From: Laetmonice hystrix
Lineage: Eukaryota
Direction of reading: 5' to 3'
DNA length: 64,000 bases
Assembly (NCBI GenBank): GCA_965235115.1
Contig: OZ249436.1
Location: forward strand, 558,001-622,000
In this document: piece by piece, positions 52,786 through 64,000 of the stretch
Layout of the letters: each line of letters opens with the position of its first letter
How positions within the stretch are numbered: position 1 is the first letter of the stretch
The notes under the pieces: model-generated
Seen by the model: the letters and a program-made list of their open reading frames with translations, nothing else
What the model was told of the DNA's origin: nothing
Database searches by the model: none
Position numbers and translations under genes: made by a program

Positions 52786-55700
52786 AACGTCCTACCTGAC
52801 GCGTCAAGTGATGGGGGATACATTCAGTGAGCCCAGGCTAGGCCTTCATCACGTGTACCAGGCCCGGCTACAGACGTCCTACCTGACGCGTCAAGTGATG
52901 GGGGATACATTCAGTGAGCCCAGGCTAGGCCTTCATATCGTCATCACGTGTACCAGGCCCGGCTACAGACGTCCTACCTGACGCGTCAAGTGATGGGGGA
53001 TACATTCAGTGAGCCCAGGCTAGGCCTTCATATCGTCATCACGTGTACCAGGCCCGGCTACAGACGTCCTACCTGACGCGTCAAGTGATGGGGGATACAT
53101 TCAGTGAGCCCAGGCTAGGCCTTACCGTCATCACGTGTACCAGGCCCGGCTACAGACGTCCTACCTGACGCGTCAAGTGATGGGGGATACATTCAGTGAG
53201 CCCAGGCTAGGCCTTCATATCGTCATCACGTGTACCAGGCCCGGCTACAGACGTCCTACCTGACGCGTCAAGTGATGGGGGATACATTCAGTGAGCCCAG
53301 GCTAGGCCTTACCGTCATCACGTGTACCAGGCCCAGGTACAGACGTCCTACCTGACGCGTCAAGTGATGGGGGATACATTCAGTGAGCCCAGGCTAGGCC
53401 TTCATCACGTGTACCAGGCCCGGCTACAGACGTCCTACCTGACGCGTCAAGTGATGGGGGATACATTCAGTGAGCCCAGGCTAGACCTTATTGTCATCAC
53501 GTGTACCAGGCCCGGCTACAGACGTCCTACCTGACGCGTCAAGTGATGGGGGATACATTCAGTGAGCCCAGGCTAGGCCTTCATCACGTGTACCAGGCCC
53601 GGCTACAGACGTCCTACCTGACGCGTCAAGTGATGGTGGATACATTCAGTGAGCCCAGGCTAGGCCTTCATATCGTCATCACGTGTACCAGGCCCGGCTA
53701 CAGACGTCCTACCTGACGCGTCAAGTGATGGGGGATACATTCAGTGAGCCCAGGCTAGGCCTTACCGTCATCACGTGTACCAGGCCCGGCTACAGACGTC
53801 CTACCTGACGCGTCAAGTGATGGGGGATACATTCAGTGAGCCCAGGCTAGGCCTTCATCACGTGTACCAGGCCCAGGTACAGACGTCCTACCTGACGCGT
53901 CAACTGATGGGGGATACATTCAGTGAGCCCAGGCTAGGCCTTCATCACGTGTACCAGGCCCGGCTACAGACGTCCTACCTGACGCGTCAACTGATGGGGG
54001 ATACATTCAGTGAGCCCAGGCTAGGCCTTCATCACGTGTACCAGGCCCGGCTACAGACGTCCTACCTGACGCGTCAAGTGATGGGGGATACATTCAGTGA
54101 GCCCAGGCTAGGCCTTACCGTCATCACGTGTACCAGGCCCAGGTACAGACGTCCTACCTGACGCGTCAAGTGATGGGGGATACATTCAGTGAGCCCAGGC
54201 TAGGCCTTCATCACGTGTACCAGGCCCGGCTACAGACGTCCTACCTGACGCGTCAAGTGATGGGGGATACATTCAGTGAGCCCAGGCTAGGCCTTATCGT
54301 CATCACGTGTACCAGGCCCGGCTACAGACGTCCTACCTGACGCGTCAAGTGATGGGGGATACATTCAGTGAGCCCAGGCTAGGCCTTATTGTCATCACGT
54401 GTACCAGGCCCGGCTACAGACGTCCTACCTGACGCGTCAAGTGATGGGGGATACATTCAGTGAGCCCAGGCTAGGCCTTCATATCGTCATCACGTGTACC
54501 AGGCCCGGCTACAGACGTCCTACCTGACGCGTCAAGTGATGGTGGATACATTCAGTGAGCCCAGGCTAGGCCTTCATATCGTCATCACGTGTACCGTGCC
54601 CGGCTACAGACGTCCTACCTGACGCGTCAAGTGATGGGGGATACATTCAGTGAGCCCAGGCTAGGCCTTACCGTCATCACGTGTACCAGGCCCGGCTACA
54701 GACGTCCTACCTGACGCGTCAAGTGATGGGGGATACATTCAGTGAGCCCAGGCTAGGCCTTCATATCGTCATCACATGTACCAGGCCCGGCTACAGACGT
54801 CCTACCTGACGCGTCAAGTGATGGGGGATACATTCAGTGAGCCCAGGCTAGGCCTTCATATCGTCATCACGTGTACCAGGCCCGGCTACAGACGTCCTAC
54901 CTGACGCGTCAAGTGATGGGGGATACATTCAGTGAGCCCAGGCTAGGCCTTATCGTCATCACGTGTACCAGGCCCGGCTACAGACGTCCTACCTGACGCG
55001 TCAAGTGATGGGGGATACATTCAGTGAGCCCAGGCTAGGCCTTCATCACGTGTACCAGGCCCAGGTACAGACGTCCTACCTGACGCGTCAACTGATGGGG
55101 GATACATTCAGTGAGCCCAGGCTAGGCCTTCATATCGTCATCACGTGTACCAGGCCCGGCTACAGACGTCCTACCTGACGCGTCAAGTGATGGGGGATAC
55201 ATTCAGTGAGCCCAGGCTAGGCCTTCATATCGTCATCACGTGTACCAGGCCCAGGTACAGACGTCCTACCTGACGCGTCAAGTGATGGGGGATACATTCA
55301 GTGAGCCCAGGCTAGGCCTTATCGTCATCACGTGTACCAGGCCCGGCTACAGACGTCCTACCTGACGCGTCAAGTGATGGGGGATACATTCAGTGAGCCC
55401 AGGCTAGGCCTTATTGTCATCACGTGTACCAGGCCCGGCTACAGACGTCCTACCTGACGCGTCAAGTGATGGGGGATACATTCAGTGAGCCCAGGCTAGG
55501 CCTTATCGTCATCACGTGTACCAGGCCCGGCTACAGACGTCCTACCTGACGCGTCAAGTGATGGGGGATACATTCAGTGAGCCCAGGCTAGGCCTTCATA
55601 TCGTCATCACGTGTACCAGGCCCGGCTACAGACGTCCTACCTGACGCGTCAAGTGATGGGGGATACATTCAGTGAGCCCAGGCTAGGCCTTCATATCGTC

Positions 55701-56368
55701 ATCACGTGTACCAGGCCCAGGTACAGACGTCCTACCTGACGCGTCAAGTGATGGGGGATACATTCAGTGAGCCCAGGCTAGGCCTTCATATCGTCATCAC
55801 GTGTACCAGGCCCGGCTACAGACGTCCTACCTGACGCGTCAAGTGATGGGGGATACATTCAGTGAGCCCAGGCTAGGCCTTATTGTCATCACGTGTACCA
55901 GGCCCGGCTACAGACGTCCTACCTGACGCGTCAAGTGATGGTGGATACATTCAGTGAGCCCAGGCTAGGCCTTATTGTCATCACGTGTACCAGGCCCGGC
56001 TACAGACGTCCTACCTGACGCGTCAAGTGATGGGGGATACATTCAGTCAGCCCAGGCTAGGCCTTCATCACGTGTACCAGGCCCGGCTACAGACGTCCTA
56101 CCTGACGCGTCAAGTGATGGTGGATACATTCAGTGAGCCCAGGCTAGGCCTTATTGTCATCACGTGTACCAGGCCCGGCTACAGACGTCCTACCTGACGC
56201 GTCAAGTGATGGGGGATACATTCAGTGAGCCCAGGCTAGGCCTTCATATCGTCATCACGTGTACCAGGCCCGGCTACAGACGTCCTACCTGACGCGTCAA
56301 GTGATGGGGGATACATTCAGTGAGCCCAGGCTAGGCCTTATTGTCATCACGTGTACCAGGCCCGGCTA
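52786..56368. repeat. 87/92/95-bp tandem repeat, ~39 copies
   Basis: Unit CAGACGTCCTACCTGACGCGTCAAGTGATGGGGGATACATTCAGTGAGCCCAGGCTAGGCCTT[variable]CATCACGTGTACCAGGCCCGGCTA. Confidence 0.99.
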
Positions 56369-56494
56369 ACGTTATAAAGACAATGCTGTAAACCAGTTAT
56401 GACGTGGCACTAAATACATTAGCCTGGCAATACTGCAAAAATAACAGTAATGACAGCGGATTCCTGATATTGTCGCCGTGTCTCCGAGACGTTT

Positions 56495-57661
56495 GGCAGG
56501 CGGTGACCTCATGCTCCTTGTCTACAGAGAGTTCACCTTTCACCAGGGGCAGGTGGTGACTTCATGCTCCTTGTCTACAGAGAGTTCACCCTTCACCAGG
56601 GGCAGGCGGTGACCTCATGCTCCTTGTCTACAGAGAGTTCACCCTTCACCAGGGGCAGGCGGTGACCTCATGCTCCTTGTCTACAGAGAGTTCACCCTTC
56701 ACCAGGGGCAGGTGGTGACCTTATGCTCCTTGTCTACAGACAGTTCACCCTTCACCAGGGGCAGGTGGTGACCTCATGCTCCTTGTCTACAGAGAGTTCA
56801 CCCTTCACCAGGGGCAGGTGGTGACCTCATGCTCCTTGTCTACAGACAGTTCACCCTTCACCAGGGGCAGGCGGTGACTTCATGCTCCTTGTCTACAGAG
56901 AGTTCACCCTTCACCAGGGGCACATGGTGACCTCATGCTCCTTGTCTACAGAGAGTTCACCCTTCACCAGGGGCAGGTGGTGACCTCATGCGCCGTGTCT
57001 ACAGACAGTTCACCCTTCACCAGGGGCAGGTGGTGACCTCATGCTCCTTGTCTACAGAGAGTTCACCCTTCACCAGGGGCAGGTGGTGACCTCATGCTCC
57101 TTGTCTACAGACAGTTCACCCTTCACCAGGGGCAGGTGGTGACCTCATGCGCCTTGTCTACAGAGAGTTCACCCTTCACCAGGGGCAGGTGGTGACCTCA
57201 TGCTCCTTGTCTACAGAGAGTTCACCCTTCACCAGGGGCAGGTGGTGACCTCATGCTCCTTGTCTACAGACAGTTCACCCTTCACCAGGGGCAGGTGGTG
57301 ACCTCATGCGCCGTGTCTACAGACAGTTCACCCTTCACCAGGGGCAGGTGGTGACCTCATGCTCCTTGTCTACAGAGAGTTCACCCTTCACCAGGGGCAG
57401 GTGGTGACCTCATGCTCCTTGTCTACAGACAGTTCACCCATCACCAGGGGCAGGTGGTGACCTCATGCGCCTTGTCTACAGAGAGTTCACCCTTCACCAG
57501 GGGCACATGGTGACCTCATGCTCCTTGTCTACAGAGAGTTCACCCTTCACCAGGGGCAGGTGGTGACCTCATGCTCCTTGTCTACAGACAGTTCACCCTT
57601 CACCAGGGGCAGGCGGTGACTTCATGCTCCTTGTCTACAGAGAGTTCACCCTTCACCAGGG
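56495..57661. repeat. 53-bp minisatellite, ~22 copies
   Basis: Unit GGCAGGTGGTGACCTCATGCTCCTTGTCTACAGAGAGTTCACCCTTCACCAGG. Confidence 0.99.
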
Positions 57662-59403
57662 ATTTCCCCCAGTTGGATTTACTGATGAGGATTGGTGCTC
57701 ACTGACTTGGCGAGACCGTTGGGACTTGGGGAGAGATCTGCCCATCGCTTGCCGAGTGCAGTTAGCGCCTCATTAGTTCTCAGTATGGAGAGCGCTGGAG
57801 CTCTACGGGACTATTATATTGTGGGCGTGGTCGCCTTAGAAATGTGACTGAAGAGGCGTTTGAGACGCTTCATAGATCCTGTAGACTTTATACTCCGGAA
57901 CCGGGGAACAATCTGAGGCAGGGTTGTAAAGTCTATTAAAGTCTCGACAGAATGAGGTGATGTTCTTTAGTAAATACTTTGTTTAATGTTCTTTAAAACC
58001 TAATATCTGCCTTGATCATTCCTTTTCACGCGTGACCTTTAGACAGGCTCAGAGGCTGCGAATCTTTCAACTATGTATAAAAATATTAAATTCTCTCCGT
58101 TTAAATGGTTTAATGCCTCTGAAAAACCAAGAGGTAGAAACTATGGGACTAGGCAAACATACGGCAAGTTGTATGGCTGAAATAATTTAAATATATAGAT
58201 ATAGGAATACACAACCAGAAACAACATCGAGGTCACTTTGTCACCAACAGTTTTATATCACAATGGTATGACGTCACACGTTAGATTGGAGTAAAGGACA
58301 GGTCATTATTGTTGTATTTTACACCAGAAATCAAGAGGCTCTGCCCTTTTAAAAACATGTAGGTCCTATATACGTTACATAAAATATGCACGTTATCTTA
58401 ATAATAGAAACTGGAACCATATAGCGATGTCCTTGAGACATGCCTCTTGTCCTTGACAGTTTTCTTGTAGTTTTCAATAGTATGGCTACTTCATCCAATG
58501 GACAGAACAGAGTTCATAGAGAACCGTCCAATCAAAACGTCTGCACACATTAACTGTCATACAATATTAAAGTACTATTCGGTGGCAATATGTCCGCCCA
58601 GCACTCCTCTAGCAACCCAGACTTAGTCCACTGTTTTAAAATTACTTGCGTATTTTGAGATCACTCATCATCAACCATACTGTACTCCTGTCGATGAGGG
58701 AAGGACCCCCCCCCCCCCCCCTACAAAACATTATTTATCTTCGTCCAGGAAAATCAGGTGAACGACTTCGATACCGTGTCCGAAAACACACGAGCAGGAT
58801 CGGAGCTGGAAATAAAACAGACTTGCAGGATCGAGTAAACGTCCGTAAGATCGAAGTCAAACGACACTGTGACGACGTTTGAACGACCCTGCGGCAGGAT
58901 TTACACGTCCACACGTCTCCCTCTGTTCATGACATTCACAACAAATAACGTTTTTTATGTCACATTGTGGATGTGGCGACTCCAATACGTTTAGCGTCGA
59001 TGTGATCTATGAAGCGAGTCCACCCCGGGTTTGTACCATTTTCACACCGGACCCCAGCAAACACATTGAAGCGCGTTGATACGCAATATAGAAATCGTAA
59101 CATTCAGACCAGAGACCCAATGTTAACGATTCAATACGTTCTTGAGATCGCATCGCGAGGCGACTTGTAGCATACGCTCCGGGTCGGTATCTGATCGAAG
59201 TGTGGATGGAACAAAAGTGGATCGAAGCGCAGGACGGTGACAAAATGCGTTGCCTGTTCTCATACTTTACTAAGGCGTTTCGTCTCGCTTCCAGAGTGCA
59301 AACAATCGCATTCTATGATATCTAGTTTGAAACGAATCGGATTTTATGATGCGCATGGACACACGTTGTCGTATTAATATCGTGCATTCTGCTGTTCGCT
59401 TCG

Positions 59404-60013
59404 GTTTGTAGGACGTGTGAACGGGGTGATGATGTTTGTAGGACGTGTGAACGGGGTATTAGGTCATGATGTTTGTAGGACGTGTGAACGGGGTATTAGG
59501 TCATGGTGTTTGTAGGACGTGTGAATGGGGTATTAGGTCATGATGTTTGTAGGACGTGTAAACGGGGTGGTGATGTTTCTAGGACGTGTGAACGGGGTGA
59601 TGATGTTTGTAGGACGTGTGAACGGGGTATTAGGTCATGATGTTTGTAGGACGTGTGAACGGGGTATTAGGTCATGGTGTTTGTAGGACGTGTGAACGGG
59701 GTATTAGGTCATGATGTTTGTAGGACGTGTGAACGGGGTATTAGGTCATGGTGTTTGTAGGACGTGTGAACGGGGTATTAGGTCATGGTGTTTGTAGGAC
59801 GTGTGAACGGGGTATTAGGTCATGATGTTTGTAGGACGTGTGAACGGGGTATTAGGTCATGATGTTTGTAGGACGTGTGAACGGGGTATTAGGTCATGAT
59901 GTTTGTAGGACGTGTGAACGGGGTATTAGGTCATGATGTTTGTAGGACGTGTGAACGGAGTATTAGGTCATGATGTTTGTAGGACGTGTGAACGGGGTAT
60001 TAGGTCATGATGT
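59404..60013. repeat. 37-bp minisatellite (shorter variants), ~17 copies
   Basis: Unit TGTTTGTAGGACGTGTGAACGGGGTATTAGGTCATGA. Confidence 0.98.
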
Positions 60014-60064
60014 GGAGGCCAGGTTGGTAATAGGGATTATACACCTGATAGATGGGGGAAGGAC

Positions 60065-61010
60065 TTCAGACATCAGGGCCCGGGAGGCGGGGGGCGGGGG
60101 GCAGGGGTTCAGACATCAGGGCCCGGGGGGTGGGGGGCGGGGGGCAGGGGTTCAGACATCAGGGCCCGGGGGGCGGGGGGCGGGGGGCAGGGGTTCAGAC
60201 ATCAGGGCCCGGGGGGCGGGGGGCGGGGGGCAGGGGTTCAGACATCAGGGCCCGGGGGGCGGGGGGCGGGGGGCAGGGGTTCAGACATCAGGGCCCGGGG
60301 GGCGGGGCGGGGTGGTTCAGACATCAGGGCCCGGGGGGCAGGGGTTCAGACATCAGGGCCGGGGGGGGGGACGGGTTCAGACATCAGGGCCCAGGGGCAG
60401 GGGTTCAGACATCAGGGCCCGGGGGGACGGGTTCAGACATCAGGGTCCGGGGGGACGGGTTCAGACATCAGGGTCCGGGGGGACGGGTTCAGACATCAGG
60501 GCCCGGGGGCGGGGGGGCAGGGGTTCAGACATCAGGGCCCGGGGGGGCAGGGGTTCAGACATCAGGGCCCGGGGGGGCAGGGGTTCAGACATCAGGGCCC
60601 GGGGGGCCAGTGGTTCAGACATCAGGGCCCGGGGGCAGGGGTTCAGACATCAGGGCCCGGGGGGGGGGGGGCAGGGGTTCAGACATCAGGGCCCGGGGGC
60701 AGGGGTTCAGACATCAGGGCCCGGGGGGCCAGGGGTTCAGACATCAGGGCCCGGGGGGGGCAGGGGTTCAGACATCAGGGCCCGGGGGCAGGGGTTCAGA
60801 CATCAGGGCCCGGGGGGCCAGGGGTTCAGACATCAGGGCCCGGGGGGCAGGGGTTCAGACATCAGGGCCCGGGGGGGGGCAGGGGTTCAGAGATCAGGGC
60901 CCGGGGGCAGGGGTTCAGAGATCAAGGCCCGGGGGCGGGGGGTTCAGACATCAGGGCCCGGGGGCGGGGGGGGGGGGGTTCAGACATCAGAGCCCGGGGG
61001 GCAGGGGTGG
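60065..61010. repeat. G-rich minisatellite: constant core with variable G-tracts
   Basis: Core GGTTCAGACATCAGGGCCCGG separated by variable-length G-runs; accounts for the Gly-rich ORFs. Confidence 0.98.
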
Positions 61011-62103
61011 TAATCATGGATGTAATCCTACCCTAGTTCATCGACTCTTACAAACTCCACAGTGACAAAAATGATGATGGTGATAGCATAAATTATGATG
61101 ACAATTATAGTGGAAATAATCACAATAAACAATAATATTCATAAATAATAACAGTGTTTCATATTCCAATGTTCCAATAAATTAAATATAATAAATTATA
61201 TGTATGGTAATGCTATGGGGCACTTTGGATTGGCATGCCTCTGTAATCATAACAACTAATACCATACGGCACACTATACACATTTCTCTGTCGTCATGGC
61301 AACATATGTCTAAACTGGTTTTACGTCGGAATGTAACACACCGTTGTAAATACACCCAAAATAATGCTGCCAAAATTTTCAGGAAATCGGACAATGCAAT
61401 GTGGCACTTAAGAACTGTTCTAGCTTTGCCTTTGCTGAACTTACTAGGATTAATTGTATAGATCTACAGCTAGATCTAGGTTATAACCTAATGGTTTTTT
61501 TGGCAAAGTGCCCGATAAAAAATATCATAGTAATAGCACCATAAGAAAGACCTCTATACTTGCTTTCGTAACAAATGTAACAAACTACTTCGACCTTTCG
61601 TGATACCTAGTTATGACTCATGGCCTGCCCTACGGGTACACAACTTCCCTGTAGGTAGCCCAAAATACTAAGCAATAAATACTACAAAAAGTTTGGCAAT
61701 TAAACTCCTCTCAGCTTCATTCTGGCCCGCCTCTCACCACTCACCGCGCCAAGTGCGGTTGCTGACATACAGAACAATAAATAGTCACACTGAATGGTGG
61801 CATATATTAACCAATGGAGTCGGACGGCCTGTAGCTGCATTTGAGCAAATTAAAGTCGTTCTAATATACACGACTTACTCTATCCATGAGCACAACTCGA
61901 TTGCACACGCCTCCATCTTGGGCTTCCGGTCATACACTGATAAGCCTGTTGTGAGTTAAACAAATATGGACCAACCCGGCGTTTCCAGACCCCTGGTCAG
62001 CCGGTTATAACAAACAGCTGAGGTAAACCAGGCGTTAGGAACGAGAAGATCGACAATGAGGAATATGAATTCTCGACACGATGAAGATCGTCCTTCTGAT
62101 ACA

Positions 62104-62119
62104 CAGCGCCCCCTACAGG
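62104..62119 (-). promoter_or_regulatory. CTCF-like motif
   Basis: Reverse complement reads CCTGTAGGGGGCGCTG; motif match only. Confidence 0.45.
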
Positions 62120-62802
62120 GCAGTCTCCGGACCGACATATGATTTGACAGTGATTGACATTCTTACCTCCGGCAATTGTCATAGGCCTACACCTATCCAT
62201 CACCAGCAATCTATAACAAGTCTACCTACTGAATCGTTCTGAAAATAAATTCAATTACAGATTGTAGAAGATCTTGGCAATGACGAGGACTTATTTCCTA
62301 GTAGGCCTATGTTGAGGCCTTTACGGCTGAATACAAAGTCGACCGGAAATGGACCAGTGATGTCCATAGTAAGTGAGCTCCACGGACTATGCAGAAAAAC
62401 GGACTTTGATCTGGTATAGTTGAGGTCCTACTCAAAACGTGATAATTGGATGCCAACGACAGAGGCCTACTGGATGGATTGGAGGGACGACGGTCATAGA
62501 CTTGACACGTGATTGACTGGCGGCCATTTACAAAATCTTTCAACTGGACACACGACATACACTGACTAACATGTTATGAAAGTCTCTGGTCACGACATCG
62601 AGTTTCTACAGATGGTCAGCCTAGAGGCATTAATCTGGTGTACGCTGTGGATACTAATCCTAACTCATACGACACTGGTATAGATCTACCCGGCGCAGAT
62701 TTATGAGCCTTTGGCAGAACTAATTTCCTGGATATTGGCAATATGTGCAGCTCATTATTTGATACGGGAACACTTAAGATTTGGAAACTTCCCGGCTTCT
62801 TT

Positions 62803-63095
62803 TTCAGCCTAGCTCTGACGATATTAGCCACCATGGCAATATCTGCTGGTCACTCACACACAATCACACAAGTACATTCAGCCTAGCTATCTGCTGGTCA
62901 CCCACACACAATCACACAAGTACATTCAGCCTAGCTCTGACGATATTAGCCACCATGGCAATATCTGCTGGTCACCCACACACAATCACACAAGTACATG
63001 GTCACCCACACACAATCACACAAGTACATTCAGCCTAGCTATCTGCTGGTCACCCACACACAATCACACAAGTACATTCAGCCTAGCTATCTGCT
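62803..63095. repeat. Short nested tandem repeat (~48-bp and longer variant units)
   Basis: TTCAGCCTAGCT...ATCTGCTGGTCACCCACACACAATCACACAAGTACA modules repeated; abuts the 334-bp array. Confidence 0.93.
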
Positions 63096-63198
63096 GTGTA
63101 GCTCTAACTAGGAAAATATGGATTCCGTCTCATTTCAAAAAGATGTGTGTAGGGGGGAGGGTCCATTGTCCTGCTCGACCACCAAAGCTCCTTTTTTA

Positions 63199-63309
63199 GG
63201 GGAGTGGCGGTGGCCTAGTGGGCATGGATGTCGACACCTTATGCTATGCGAATGGGTGCAGTAATCTTAGGGTCTGGGTTCGATTCCTGTAGAGGACTAT
63301 ACAACTTTT
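63199..63309 (+). ncRNA. Putative Pol III type-2 cassette (tRNA-derived SINE head or vault-like RNA), copy 1
   Basis: A box TGGCCTAGTGG 63211-63221, B box GGTTCGATTCC 63277-63287, TTTT 63306-63309; no valid tRNA acceptor stem. Confidence 0.55.
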
Positions 63310-63532
63310 CTCTTTAGGGACATTGTCAAAGTAATTGGGTTACCCCTGATGCCCGTGCATTTCAAAAGAAAAATACAGTCTACGCCAGTGCCAGGATTAC
63401 CTTAACAGTCAATGTTCGGTAGAAATCATGTGTAGCTCTAACTAGGAAAATATGGATTCCGTCTCATTTCAAAAAGATGTGTGTAGGGGGGAGGGTCCAT
63501 TGTCCTGCTCGACCACCAAAGCTCCTTTTTTA

Positions 63533-63643
63533 GGGGAGTGGCGGTGGCCTAGTGGGCATGGATGTCGACACCTTATGCTATGCGAATGGGTGCAGTAATC
63601 TTAGGGTCTGGGTTCGATTCCTGTAGAGGACTATACAACTTTT
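63533..63643 (+). ncRNA. Putative Pol III type-2 cassette, copy 2
   Basis: A box at 63545, B box at 63611, TTTT downstream; same sequence as copy 1. Confidence 0.55.
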
Positions 63644-63866
63644 CTCTTTAGGGACATTGTCAAAGTAATTGGGTTACCCCTGATGCCCGTGCATTTCAAA
63701 AGAAAAATACAGTCTACGCCAGTGCCAGGATTACCTTAACAGTCAATGTTCGGTAGAAATCATGTGTAGCTCTAACTAGGAAAATATGGATTCCGTCTCA
63801 TTTCAAAAAGATGTGTGTAGGGGGGAGGGTCCATTGTCCTGCTCGACCACCAAAGCTCCTTTTTTA

Positions 63867-63977
63867 GGGGAGTGGCGGTGGCCTAGTGGGCATGGATGTC
63901 GACACCTTATGCTATGCGAATGGGTGCAGTAATCTTAGGGTCTGGGTTCGATTCCTGTAGAGGACTATACAACTTTT
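63867..63977 (+). ncRNA. Putative Pol III type-2 cassette, copy 3
   Basis: A box at 63879, B box at 63945, TTTT downstream; same sequence as copy 1. Confidence 0.55.
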
Positions 63978-64000
63978 CTCTTTAGGGACATTGTCAAAGT

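Larger units (their letters stand above)
63095..64000. repeat. 334-bp tandem repeat, 2.7 copies visible, truncated by window end
   Basis: TGTAGCTCTAACTAGG starts at 63097, 63431 and 63765; copies look identical by eye. Confidence 0.99.

Noticed and set aside
6648..61065. Long ORFs at 6648-8874, 9238-10003, 17765-20062, 27472-28377, 28344-30223, 39337-42266, 42900-43875 and 59970-61065
   Set aside because: All lie largely within tandem arrays, are open in several frames or strands at once, and shift between frames; they are repeat artefacts.
61204..61542. Degenerate MITE suggested by GGGCACTTTG / CAAAGTGCCC inverted match
   Set aside because: Only 10 bp of perfect match and no TSD identified.
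63199..63309. Bona fide tRNA gene with intron
   Set aside because: Acceptor stem does not pair (GTGGCGG vs AGAGGAC), the T-stem is imperfect and I could not identify a clear anticodon arm.

Overview
This is eukaryotic, most likely bilaterian invertebrate, non-coding DNA (intergenic or a very large intron). The taxonomic call is inferred from TTAGGG repeats, CTCF-like motifs and the transposon types. By my hand-summed coordinates about two thirds of the window (~42 kb) is taken up by ~39 separate tandem arrays, nearly all with mutually unrelated units of 2-334 bp, separated by 0-3.4 kb of unique sequence. No protein-coding gene can be supported: every long ORF in the track lies inside a tandem array. 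Recognisable non-array elements are a Harbinger-like MITE (46067-46600), a TTAA-flanked Kolobok-like MITE (47446-47956), a 9-bp-TSD MULE-like element filled with a 15-bp repeat (14289-14525), and a TTAGGG/inverted-repeat composite (27287-28438). The most interesting feature is a 334-bp tandem unit at the right edge. It carries an intact Pol III A box, B box and T-run terminator in a ~110-nt cassette that does not fold as a tRNA (tRNA-derived SINE head or vault-RNA-like ncRNA array).
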